The notes under the pieces are model-generated. The model saw only the letters and a program-made list of their open reading frames with translations, did no database searches and was not told where the DNA came from. 64,000 bases of DNA from Monocercomonoides exilis PA203 (Eukaryota; Protista; Preaxostyla), in the NCBI GenBank assembly GCA_001643675.2, contig LSRY02000026.1:310001-374000 (forward strand). Direction: 5' to 3'. Position 1 is the first letter of the stretch. Every line of letters begins with the position of its first letter. Made by a program: the position numbers and the translations under genes. Shown one piece after another: positions 1-11,214 of the stretch.

Positions 1-1573
1 TATTCAACTCAGAAAGAGAAATACAATTTTCTTTCCATAATTTTGTTCAATCCAACTGTCCATCATTACATTTGTGTAACTATATCAGATATTGAACATA
101 TCGAAAACAACAATGAATGCAATTTTCGTTGGAAAATTTGCAACGATGAAAATGTGGAAGTGGTTAATGATCTTGAAGAAAAAAGCAAATATGAATGGTT
201 GTGCTCAAACGGATGGAAAACAAGTTTTCTGTGTTATGCAAAAAGTTCATTTATTCAAATGGAAACTCAAAGACAATTTGGTTATCTCGATTCTTCTTTT
301 GATCACTTCAGCAATGATTCAAATATTTCAAACAATGAACCTGAAAACGATATTAATGATTCTTTGTTTTGTGGAGGAGTTAACAGAACAACTTATAAAA
401 CGAAAAAACAAATTCACAGTGAATTGGTTCAGAAAACAGGAATCAAAATGTCCTACTCATATTTCTGAAAGAAAACACATGGTGTCATCACAAAACCTAG
501 AAACAGAATTGACTTATGCTCCATTTGCGAAAGAGCAAGATATTTACAGAAAATTTCTCAAAATAGACAACTCAGTGATCAGGAAAATCAAGAGCTGCAA
601 TCCATTTCAGAGCATAAAAAATGGGCTGAATGCCAAAAACAATTTTTTGTTGATTCAAAGAGCAAACTAAAAAACGGAGATCTTCTTTTGCTGCTAGACT
701 TCAAAGAGAATTGGAAGCTTCCGCTTTCAAGAAAAGAAGTCAGTAAAGATTTTTACACAAAAAAGCAAGTGTCAGACCTGTGCATTATTTCATACTCAAA
801 ACAAAATGATTCACTTCATAAAACATGTCATCACTTCATTTCGGACTGTTTAACTCATGATTTCAGATACGTTATTGAATGCTTGAACGTAGTTATAGAA
901 AAACATATATCAGAATCACACCCACTTCAATCAACTTTGACAGTTTTTTCGGACTCTGGTCCTCACTTCAAAAATAAATACTTTTTAAGTAATTTTCGAA
1001 GTGACAGTCAAAATGTTCAACAATTTTCATCGATATTTGTTAATTATTTCACGGAGCAGCATGGTAAATCGGAATGCGATGGAGAGTTTGGATCAATTTC
1101 ATCAAAATTATCAACAACAAGCTAAGAAACTGGAAGCAATGCTTCATCATTTTGTGCCTTTCTAAAACAAATATTTGATTCTTCAATTCAAAGCACCTTA
1201 AATGAGAAAATAAATAGACAGTTTCACTTGTGTGTTTCACTTTTTTTCATTATATTTCGTTGAAGTTATATGTTTTTTTTATTTTGGCTTCAGATACATC
1301 CCGTCAAATAAAAAAACTTGGTATTGGCTGAAAATTCCATCTATGATGATTTATTTATCTTTCAAAAAACAAAACGGTCATATTTTCACAGCATCTCATT
1401 CGCAATTGTTGGAAGACAAATGGAAAATCGTCAGTGATTGCAAAAGTGGAAAAGAAAAAATAGTGGGAGAAAGAAAGAAATTTTCAGGAGCAAATGCAGA
1501 TCATTCAAACAACATGCCCATCAAAGACCTAACATTATCTCGAATAAATCAAAGAATGCCAATAGAAAAATAA
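1..1573 (+). pseudogene. Sola-like (DDD) DNA transposase, 5'-truncated by the window edge, with in-frame stops
   Basis: Frame +1 is continuous from base 1 apart from TGA 466-468 and TAA 1123-1125. It carries DLCSIC, LDFKENW, SDSGPHFKN and HGKSECDGEFG, which match the ORF at 40171-41184. A probable intron at 1230-1293 joins it to the YIPSNKKTW exon. Confidence 0.75.
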
Positions 1574-1996
1574 ACAACCTTTTCATTTTAGAAGGAAATT
1601 GCATCAAACGATTGTTCATTCCCAAATCAAAGCATTCAATTTGAAAAGAAAAAAGAGACCGTAAAAGCACGTTTCAAAAATGATTCACATATTATTCACC
1701 ACACGCGAAGGAATACTTCAAACATCGATGAGGATTTGATGATTATTGAAATAAATGAAATAAGAAATAAAAAAAGAAACAATGTTTTTATTCAGAAATG
1801 GATAATCGTTCAAACAAACGAAAAGATTTAAAGTTTCAATTGAGTATTTTGTTGCTCAAATTAGTTAGAATAATGAGTTTATTGTTTTTGAACCGTTACC
1901 ACAATTGATAATTCAATTGTCAATATAATGACTATCTTTTTCAACTGTTATGATTTTAAGATCTTAGGCACTTTTCAATTTTGGTTGATATTTCCT

Positions 1997-2027
<31 letters not shown>

Positions 2028-3090
2028 GATTTTCTTGACTTCATTGCTAAGCTCATTGCATTCTAGTCGATTACGAAAAAAATATTCATAAAACATAAAG
2101 GGGTTGATGTTCACGAAAAACAAACTCCCAGGGAAAAATTGTAATATAGTTTTCCAAACTTTATAGTAATTGTTTTGCTTAGCTTGCAAAAGTCTGATCG
2201 ATTTTTCATTAAGTTAAAATGAATACTTGAGGAAGGGGTTCCAGGAATTATGACTCTCAGGATGAAGTTATTATATAATAATTTTAAGTTTTTTAAACTT
2301 TTTTCAAAAAGCATTCAAATTTGATTTTGAAATAACATGAAGAAATTTTAATTGTGAAAATGTTTCCACAATTTTTTTCTTTCTATTTAATCTTTTTCAC
2401 ATTTTATGAACACCTAGGAGTTTCAATTTTCAACTTTCATAAATTTAATGGAATGATGTATATTGTTAACAGTATAATTTGTTGTTCATAAATAAGAACA
2501 AATAAATCAAATATTGTTATGATTAATATTTTTATGACAATGCATTTTTATTTTATAAGAATAACGAAAACTGTTTCACACAATTAAATTTAAGTTTTTG
2601 AAGATAAAAAAAACAAGGGCATAAAAATTATGATTTTCCATATTTCGTCCCAAATTTATTCAGCTATTTTCAACTATGACAAAGGACTTTGTTATTGGTT
2701 CAGTTCCAATAAAATCATCCATTATTTTTTTTATATTTATGCTGAGAAATATTTTTTTTCCTTTCAATTTTTGGCTTTCATGAAAGGAAAGTTGTTTGAT
2801 TTGCATTATTAAAAATTTGCCTATTTATAGGTTTTATGTTTTTTTCTGGATATGAGATGGAAATGAATAAAAGTTGGATATCTTGTTATGCAAGCTAACC
2901 ATGGAATTGGAAGCGAATTTATGTGGAACGTGAACACGATAAATGGATTTGGATGGTCAATTGAAGAATTAACTGGATAAACACGAAAAAGGAAGGTGTA
3001 ATGAAATTGAATTGAAGAAAACAGGGTATATTCACAGAGAACGGGGCAAAAAAATTTCAATGAAGAAAATTTAAAAAACACAGAAAAAAA

Positions 3091-3180
3091 GAGCTTTGGC
3101 AGGAGTCGAACCCCCGACCTTTGACCAACGTAATATCAATGGTTGAGGTAACTTCCGCTTGCGCTACTCGAGCCAAAGCC
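3091..3180 (-). ncRNA. Pol III-type small RNA (tRNA-derived or vault-RNA-like hairpin), about 90 nt
   Basis: Minus strand: A box TAGCGCAAGCGG, B box GGTTCGACTCC, 9-bp terminal stem GGCTTTGGC/GCCAAAGCT, and a T7 terminator immediately downstream (3084-3090). It does not fold as a standard cloverleaf. Confidence 0.6.
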
Positions 3181-4390
3181 AAGCTTTAATAGAACTTATG
3201 CGATTTGAACTGGTCATATATTATTTGCCTTTGCTAAAGCAAATAAGTCAAATATAATGCAAATTAGATCGAGACAAATCGATTTGATTGAGTCAATGCA
3301 AATAACAATAATTGTGGGTGTATGATCAATTCAGAATCTAATCAAATTCGTGTCAAACTTTAATTAATTTTTTGTTCACAAATGACGCTTATAAAAATAG
3401 AAATAAAATATTTATGATTTAAACTGAAAAATGTGAAATTTCATGATGTCAAGTTTTTTTATTTTTATTGTTTATCAGTTATTTTTGGAAAAAACACAAA
3501 AACATAAAATTATTCAATTCATTTTATTTATCACATAAAAATATATTGATATGAAAAGAAAAAATTGCTGATCAAAATAAAACAAGTTTCAAATAATCAA
3601 AATAAAAAAGCGAAAAAATAAACAGTTATTTTTACAAAAGAGCTTTTGTTCACTTACCCAATACTTAAATAATGTTATTCTTTTGGAAATATTGAAAATT
3701 TAATTGTAAATAATAGTTGTAAGCATTGAGATAATTATAATTTTATGATTCACATCAAAAAATCAATAAAAAACAAAAAATTAATAAAATCAAACATGTT
3801 ATCAAATAATTCTTTCATTAAATCAGCTAAAAATGAAAGTTAAAATTATTCGAATATTATGGGTAACACAGCAAATATGAAAAACTAATAACAAAAATAT
3901 CGGTTGAAATGTTAAAGAACTCAAAAAATCATCATGAAAACATATAAAAAATATACGAATGATGAACATATTAAAAATTTATAAAAAACAAACTGTTATT
4001 TAATTGAAGACATTAAAAACATTCAATTATTATGATCAAACTTATCACATTATTTTTGACTTTTTGATCACAAAAAAGATCTTCTCAAATCAGTTTTGAT
4101 AAAGTCAAATCAAATAAGATTGACTAAATGCAAATTGATTGAGTCAAATCAAAATTATGCACTCAATTCGCAAAAGTTCAAATTTCTTATCTCTCAGCTT
4201 GAACCTAGCTGAGATTGAAATAATTTTTAAAACCAAAAATCCAGCAAAAATAAATTTTAAGAAAAATAATAGAATGAAAATGCAATGAAAACAATTATGT
4301 TTATTCTTATCTCTTTCAAAAATAATCATTTCTGATGTATCTCGAAGTGGGAAATGGTTGAAAATATCGATCAAATAAAAATATGAAGAT

Positions 4391-4711
4391 TTATCTATTT
4401 CTTTTCTCATGATCTATATCCAATTCATCCCATTCACTTGCATCTGCTCCATCTCCGGCATCCATTTCCGATCCTTCTTCTTCTGTTGAACTTGATTCTT
4501 CTTCATCGAAATTTTCTACATCGTCTTCTATTTCTTCATCATCATCCTCTTCCTCTTCATCATCTATTGCTTCTACAGCCTTTACATACTCCGAATCAGA
4601 ATATTCACACACAACCTTACAAAAATCAATAAAAGACGGTTTCAAATTTTTGACATAAACATATGGGGAAAAATATTTCATTTCAGGCATTTTCATTGAA
4701 AAATTATGCAC
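4391..4711 (-). CDS. Acidic ORF inside the Merlin element, probably a C-terminal extension or second exon
   Basis: Same strand as the transposase, with a D/E-rich tail. Its N-terminus (HNFSMKMPEMKYF) recurs at 23341-23532 (HNSSMKMPEVKYF). Confidence 0.4.
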   Translation of the reverse strand: MHNFSMKMPEMKYFSPYVYVKNLKPSFIDFCKVVCEYSDSEYVKAVEAIDDEEEEDDDEEIEDDVENFDEEESSSTEEEGSEMDAGDGADASEWDELDIDHEKRNR

Positions 4712-4852
4712 TTAAAATGAACTTTTTTGTTATTAAAAAACACAATAAAAATGGGTTTATTTTTTGAAATACTTGTGAGGTCACAAAACATTTTGTTATT
4801 ACATCAATGAAATTTATTTACTGTTATGAAAATCGAATTTATTTTGAAATAT

Positions 4853-5107
4853 GGGTAATTATTTTTGAAATCATATTTTTTCATTCATAATTTTCTGGAC
4901 AAAAATTTGCATTGAATATCAGTGAACGAACATTGAAAAGTGAACAGGCTTGTCCAAGAAATATTTTTCTTTGCAAAAGCTTAAAAATTTGTTTTTCATT
5001 CAAAAATAATGATTATCTCATTTTTAATCTAAATCTACTCTCAGTGACAAACAATCTTTGAAAAAATATCACACCGAAAAAAGTTATGATTTCAAAAATA
5101 ATCGCCC
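4853..5107. mobile_element. 255-bp MITE with GGG termini and ATAT TSD (Sola-like), nested in Merlin
   Basis: TIR GGG(TA/CG)ATTATTTTTGAAATCATA at 4853-4875 and 5085-5107, with ATAT on both sides. The homologous Merlin relic at about 23660-23680 lacks the insert and has a single 4-mer there. Confidence 0.85.
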
Positions 5108-5177
5108 ATATGATAAAGTTTAATAATGTTATAAGTGGAACAATTTTTTCATGCTTTGTGCAAAAAAAGCTTGAAAG

Positions 5178-5994
5178 TCAGTATTTTCCCCCATATGATG
5201 CTAAATACTCAGCTATGTGAGCTTCTCTGACACCATGCATTGGCATAAATCTTCTCATTCGTGACCAAGTTCCTTCTATGACATTCGTACAAGCTTTTGT
5301 AAATCTGTCTTTAAATCTTCTTGAATGATGAACAATTTTATGCACAAATCCATTATCAGACGATGTGGAATATGCCTTCCACTCGTCAGAATGGATTTCT
5401 GTCCCTGCATGAACGTGCCTTTTTATGATTGGTAATAAGACATTTCTCGTCCTTCGATACACAAGAAATAGCAAAACCTTTCCTTTCTCTTCTTCAGAAC
5501 TTCTTTCAATCATTCCGAATATCCACAATTGAACCTTCCTTCTTTCCTTTTCACATTTTCTGCAACTCTATATGGCTTCATCAAATTTCCACTTCCTTAC
5601 CAACACCTCCAATCAATTGTTGATGCATAAGCAAATGAAACTCACATGCTCTTCTGCAAATTCAATTCCAATCTCCAACTGCGTTAATTGATGCACCACA
5701 AAGTAACAAACATTGAAGTTGGTCCATATGAATCCACTAAAATAGTAAAATAAGCATTAATTCGCTCATTGATAGACGTGAATATTGAAAAGGAGTTCCT
5801 TCTCGAACTGTTATTGATCTTCTGCATGGCCTACAACGAAATCTTCTTTGAGAGATTGTGTTTTTGACATATTTCATTTGCTTGTGACAATCCGGACAAT
5901 TCCTTTCTTTAGAAATAATTCCATTTTGATGAAGCCATTCCCATGTTTTATTCTCATCAAGAAATTTTATCAGCAATTCCTTTGACATATTCAA
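5178..5994 (-). pseudogene. Merlin/ISXO2-like DDE transposase, disrupted
   Basis: N-terminal CPDC...CRPC zinc ribbon, IGGVGKEVEI-(frameshift)-DE, WIFGMIER, IHSDEWKAY, VHHS and TNVIEGTWSRMRR. TAG at 5737-5739 and a frameshift near 5583. Confidence 0.85.
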
Positions 5995-8900
5995 AATATT
6001 TTTTTGTATTAATGGGTCAGATCAAATCTGCCCCGTTCTCTGTGAATATGCCGAAAACAGTTGCAAATTGAATAAAATATTGAAATTGATTTTTAAATAG
6101 GAATATTTTTGGTTTGAAGTTTTTTTGCAGTAATTATTATTATTTTAAGTTATTCATACTGTTGAAGGAATCAGGTATTAGATGGCTTTAAAGAAGAAGA
6201 AAAGCAGGGAAGGAAAATAAGACAAACAGATGAAATTCATAATATTATAAAGATGCGTCGAATCGGGCTTTGGCGAAGAATTAGTTTTTGAGGAAAGAAG
6301 ATTTTTTTGTGAAAAAATGGAAGTGAAAGAAGAAGAGATTGAATGAAAAAGGGATTGCTCAATATTTCATTTTTTTTGTTGGAAAGAGAGAAAGAATCAA
6401 ATTGAAATTGTTATGAATTCAAAGGATATTATTTGCCAGAAGAAGACAAAATCCAGAAGAAGAGAATTTCAATGAATTTCTCCGTTGAAATTAATTGGGT
6501 TTCATCTTTTCAATTTTCAACAATTAATCAACTCGTTCTATTCATTTATCATCATGATACTTCTTTCTCAAATTTATCAACATTTCATACAACTTCTTCT
6601 TCTTCTTCTTCTTCTTTGTCATCATTCACTTCATCGGATTGAATTTATTCATGATCTGTTTCATCTTCAGAGATTAAGAGAGAAAGAAAAAAACAGATAA
6701 ATTATACAGCCGAAAGAAATTCGCATCAATTAAAATTTGAGGAAGAAAAATGAAAAAAGATGCAAAAGAGAAAAAGGATAATGAGTCTGTTTACAGAAGA
6801 GATTCAAAAAAAATGAGATTGAGAAGATTGAAGAGATTATTTGAATGAAATGAAGAAAATATTAGGATACGAAATTTGAGTTAAAAGTGGAATTTGAGAA
6901 ACAATTAAAGGAAACAACAGAGAAAAGAAGAAACAAAGATTATTGAATTATTAAAAAGAAAGATTGAAAAAACATCAAATATAAGAATTATTATTTATAT
7001 ATATTCTTTTAAAGTTGATTTTATTTATTCCTTCCGAATCAAGTCTTGTCAATGCAACATTTCAAGTTTTGAAATGAAAGTCTTTGATGTTTTGAAAGAT
7101 TATCAATATGAAAAAACAATAACGTTCTTTTTTTTTATTATTTTTTTTTAAAAAAATGAGATGAAAATTTGCGATGAGACATTTTCAAGGAATTAAAGAT
7201 AACTGTCAAATAAAACATCAATTGTTTTGAAAAGTTCAATGGAACAATTGTTATTCTGTTTCGAATAAAATAAATAAAAAGATCTTGAAAATTTTGTGTT
7301 TATTCAACAATGGGAATGCTTATAATATTTTCTCTTGCTGTTACAAAATCTCCTTTTTATTAAAATGTTCTTTTTGCATGTTCATTCATTTCAAGATTAC
7401 AAAACTTCTGTCCTTATATCATTTTTTTTCATCTCTAAAAACCTTGGTTCGTTAAATAATCTCTCATAATCCAAATTTGAACCTTCTCTCAATTTCTTTT
7501 TATCTGTTTTTTTTTTCTCCTTCTTTGATTTCTATGGAATCGCGTTCATCTGAACAAATCATTTCTTTGTAATAAATTTCTCTCAATTCTCGTTCTTCTT
7601 TCTTAAACCTAATTGGTTCCCATTCAAATTAACATACAGATCTTTGGTTGTCAGCTCATCTTTTTCAGCTAAAACGAAGCAGTTTACAAAGCAATCCAAA
7701 ATGACTGATATCATTCAACGAACCCCGCAGTTAATGCGATGAGATGTTCCTTTAATTGCATTTGATTTTAGCAACTTTCTTTCCTTATCAAATTCAATGT
7801 TTTGCTCCAAAAATCAACATTGATAACTTCTTATGAAACATATGCAACGGCTCTGGTTTATAAAATGGCTGGACTATCCAATGTTTGTGCACTACCGAAG
7901 CATAATTCTTTTCTGCTCTTGAAATTACTGGTTGAAAGCCATCAGATGGAGAAGAACTGCACGCTTCAAATTCCACAGAATGCTGCTTGTCAGCATCCGC
8001 CTAAGCCTCCACTCCTGCTTTCACAAACCTCAGCCCACTCAGCCCAAGCGCCTCCACAACCAGCGGTGACATCGCTTCAACCTGCTTCCCCTGATTCTCT
8101 TTTATTCATTCCATAAACTCTTTGTACGCTGTAGGATGATAGTCGACTTTCACTCCATTTCCTCCCTTTTCTCCTTCCTCCACCTCTTCGCGCTCCTCCA
8201 GCGCATCCAGTGCAATCAAAGCAGTGAAATTGTGTTGCGTAATCCAACATTTCCCATTTCCCATTATTCTCAATTAATGCAATTTATTTTGTTCTTCACA
8301 ATGTTGGTACTTTTCATATCGCTTCTTTGTGTTGTTTTCTGCTTAAAGAGTTGACTGGATAGACAGCACTGCTTGTGGCAAAATCTTCGTTGGAAAAGGA
8401 GGGTGAGAAAAATTATCAGATGATCGACAGGAGCACGTTTATATTTTCAGCGATAGAGATCCGTTTATAACTGACTTTTCCCCCTCCAACGCTTTTGTCA
8501 ATGAAAGCGAGCATAATAGCAGAACTCAAAATGCTCGCAGAGTAATTGCAAACATTTTTCAAAGATCCTTTTTAATAAATAACATGCTGCCTTGTTCGTT
8601 ATAGCTCATCACGCTGCAGGCAAACAGGAAGGGCTGATTTATCGAGTTAGCATTAAAGACAACATTGACTGCTCATCTCCTTCTGCCTCTTGTGTGTTCT
8701 TCTCTTTTTTTCTTTGCATTGAGAATGAAGAAGAAGAGATATATATCGTTTCAGTAAAAGAAGATGAATATACGAAAAAGATGAATACAAACCTCAAAAT
8801 TATAATAACTGCACAGTACCAGTAACAAAGAGCATCATTAAAAACGTCACATCGCATTCGTCTAGATATTCGTTGTTTATTAAAAAAACAATAAAAACAT

Positions 8901-10299
8901 TCGGAACCGAACGGTCAATCAGTTGCTGCTGTTCACCATTTATAAAAGATGAATAACGATACAAATTGAGTCTATTAGAGGATGAATAAAAAAGTCAAAA
9001 GTAAGTTCAGGTAGGAAAAGACGAAGAAGATTGAAATGATGGATTGATGCTGAAATACATAACTGATGATGCAATGAAGAGAAAAGGAGAAGGGATGGAG
9101 GATGAAGAAGAAGGGATAAAAACAAAGGTCCATTATGGATTTGATTGTTACATGGTTAGAAAGAATGTTTCTTGAAGTTTAAAGAAATCGATAAATCTTG
9201 AATTGAAATTGCAAATTTTATAGTTTTTGAACAATTCAAACGAAACAGTAAAACTCTATTTAATAGAATATTTTATCTACTGCAATTTTTGATGCTCTTA
9301 ACCTTCTTATTATATATGAAAATAAAATATGAACAATAACAAGAAGAATGAGGATTTGTGCAATCACTAATAAAATATACTCCATTCTAAAGATAAGTTA
9401 TTGACACATTTTGATTGATTAGTGTTGATATTATGATATTTTCCTTCCTCATCGATAAATTGTTCATAAGAAAATCTTCAATGGAGTGCTTTCATCCTGT
9501 TCTCTTAAAAAACGAAATATTTGTTTGCTTATTATTTCATTATTTTTTTCAGCTTTGCAAATATTGCGAATATGAATATCTAAAAAAGAAGATAATCAAA
9601 AAAGAAACAAACTTGTTGGTTTGTTTATAACGATCACACGTTCAAAGAATATCTATTTTTCCAATAATAATATTTTTCATTGAAATAACTTTTTCAGAGC
9701 TCACAACGATGTGAGATGAAGTAATAGGAATAAGACACAGCACGAAAGATACAGTTCACAAATCTCAAAATGATAAAAAAAGCGTCAAAAAAATTATCTG
9801 CATCTTCTTCAACAACTTCTGAAAAGATGCTTTTCAAACAAATCTGAAACTTATTTTGAGTTTCCACATTTTTCTGGATAAACAAATAAGCAATGCACTT
9901 TTTTCGATTAATTCAACTTTTTCATAATGCATCAGCCCTGAAATATATCATTTGAAATTAATCACAATTAAAAAAAAGAAAAATCAAACGAAAAATATAT
10001 TTGATCAGATGTATTGCATTCCTTTTTTAAGAGAAATACAATTTTCACCCATTTATTATTTTTCTGTGACTCTGCCAGCCACTGACTCCATTGACGTTTT
10101 TTGATCAAAATTATCCACCTTTGTCAGTTCCGTCAGTTCCCCTTTATAAAAAAATTGGAAGAATTAATATCGCAAAATTTTCCAATCATTTTTTTAATTA
10201 AAGTGCATAAGCACCTTAATTATCAAGAAAGTGTTTCATCAATTCCTTCTCTTGTTTGAGAGACGCCACAATCTATGGGTCAGTCGCCACATTTGATCA

Positions 10300-11214
10300 A
10301 TGATGTCTGCTTCACAATTCCCTCCGATTGTTGGACTTACGCCGTCGGCTGAGGCTGCAATGCAGAACAGTGGGGCGCAAAGCCAACCAGGGACCTTATC
10401 TCAACCGAACATCTTTTCTTCCGCTTCAATTTTTTCACCTTCTCCATCGGAAGGTTTAGCACAGGAGGCGACCCATTCGGATGACAGAAAGAAAGACGAA
10501 GATGACTTAGAGATATCTCAACGTATTTGTCAGGAGTTTGAGGACATTTTTGGAAAGGCGCCAAATTTTTCAATTTTTGATCTAAAGCTTTCCACTATAT
10601 CTGTCCAAGATGTTGTTGTGGAGAATGCAACACAGGATTTTAGCCTGTTGTAATCTCTTGAACCACCCGCTGCCAATAGAACAAAGAACTGGATTAACGA
10701 TGCGTTAGATCAGGCGGGTTACAAAATGGAGATTTTTCTTTTCCAGGCGATTAAAGCTGCGCTCATAGGTTTAGCCGAGACACCGACTTCAAGTGAAGGT
10801 GCAAAGCAAAGACTGGCTGACATCTTGATTTTGGTTACCAAGGCGCTTCAAGAGGCACGAACGGTTCGAATTCAAGGCAGGTTTGGATTCAGGGCTGCCA
10901 CATTAATGAGTACAGGCGCTTCAACGGGAATCCTCACAGAGAGACAGGAACTGATTCTCAGAGAAGCAAGACAAGAAGCTAAGTTTGAAGGAGGTTTCCA
11001 AAGACCAGCATTTCCTCTTATACGAGTTCAGCCTTCTGCAAGAGAACAACCAGGAACACTTCAAAGAAGATATAGTTATCCCATTTCTCACACAAATACA
11101 CGGTTTTTTCGGAGATACCCCCGGTCCTCAGCGCTCGCAAGAAGGCAGCAATTCGGAAGAAGGAGGAACCAGAGCAGTTGGAGCAGGAGACCAGGGGTGC
11201 GTCAACAATTTTAG
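10300..11214 (+). pseudogene. DIRS ORF1 (gag-like) with one nonsense codon
   Basis: Co-linear with the intact ORF at 52980-53894. TAA at 10651-10653 replaces TTA (Leu). Confidence 0.8.

Larger units (their letters stand above)
3025..6052 (-). mobile_element. Merlin (IS1016/ISXO2-related) DNA transposon with both ends
   Basis: 24-bp TIRs GGYATATTCACAGAGAACGGGGCA at 3025-3048 and 6029-6052 (23/24 identical). Perfect 8-bp TSD GAAAACAG at 3017-3024 and 6053-6060. Internal DDE transposase. Confidence 0.92.

Noticed and set aside
3091-3180. Canonical tRNA gene
   Set aside because: Acceptor-to-A-box spacing is too long, the T stem has a mismatch, and no clear D stem or anticodon can be assigned.
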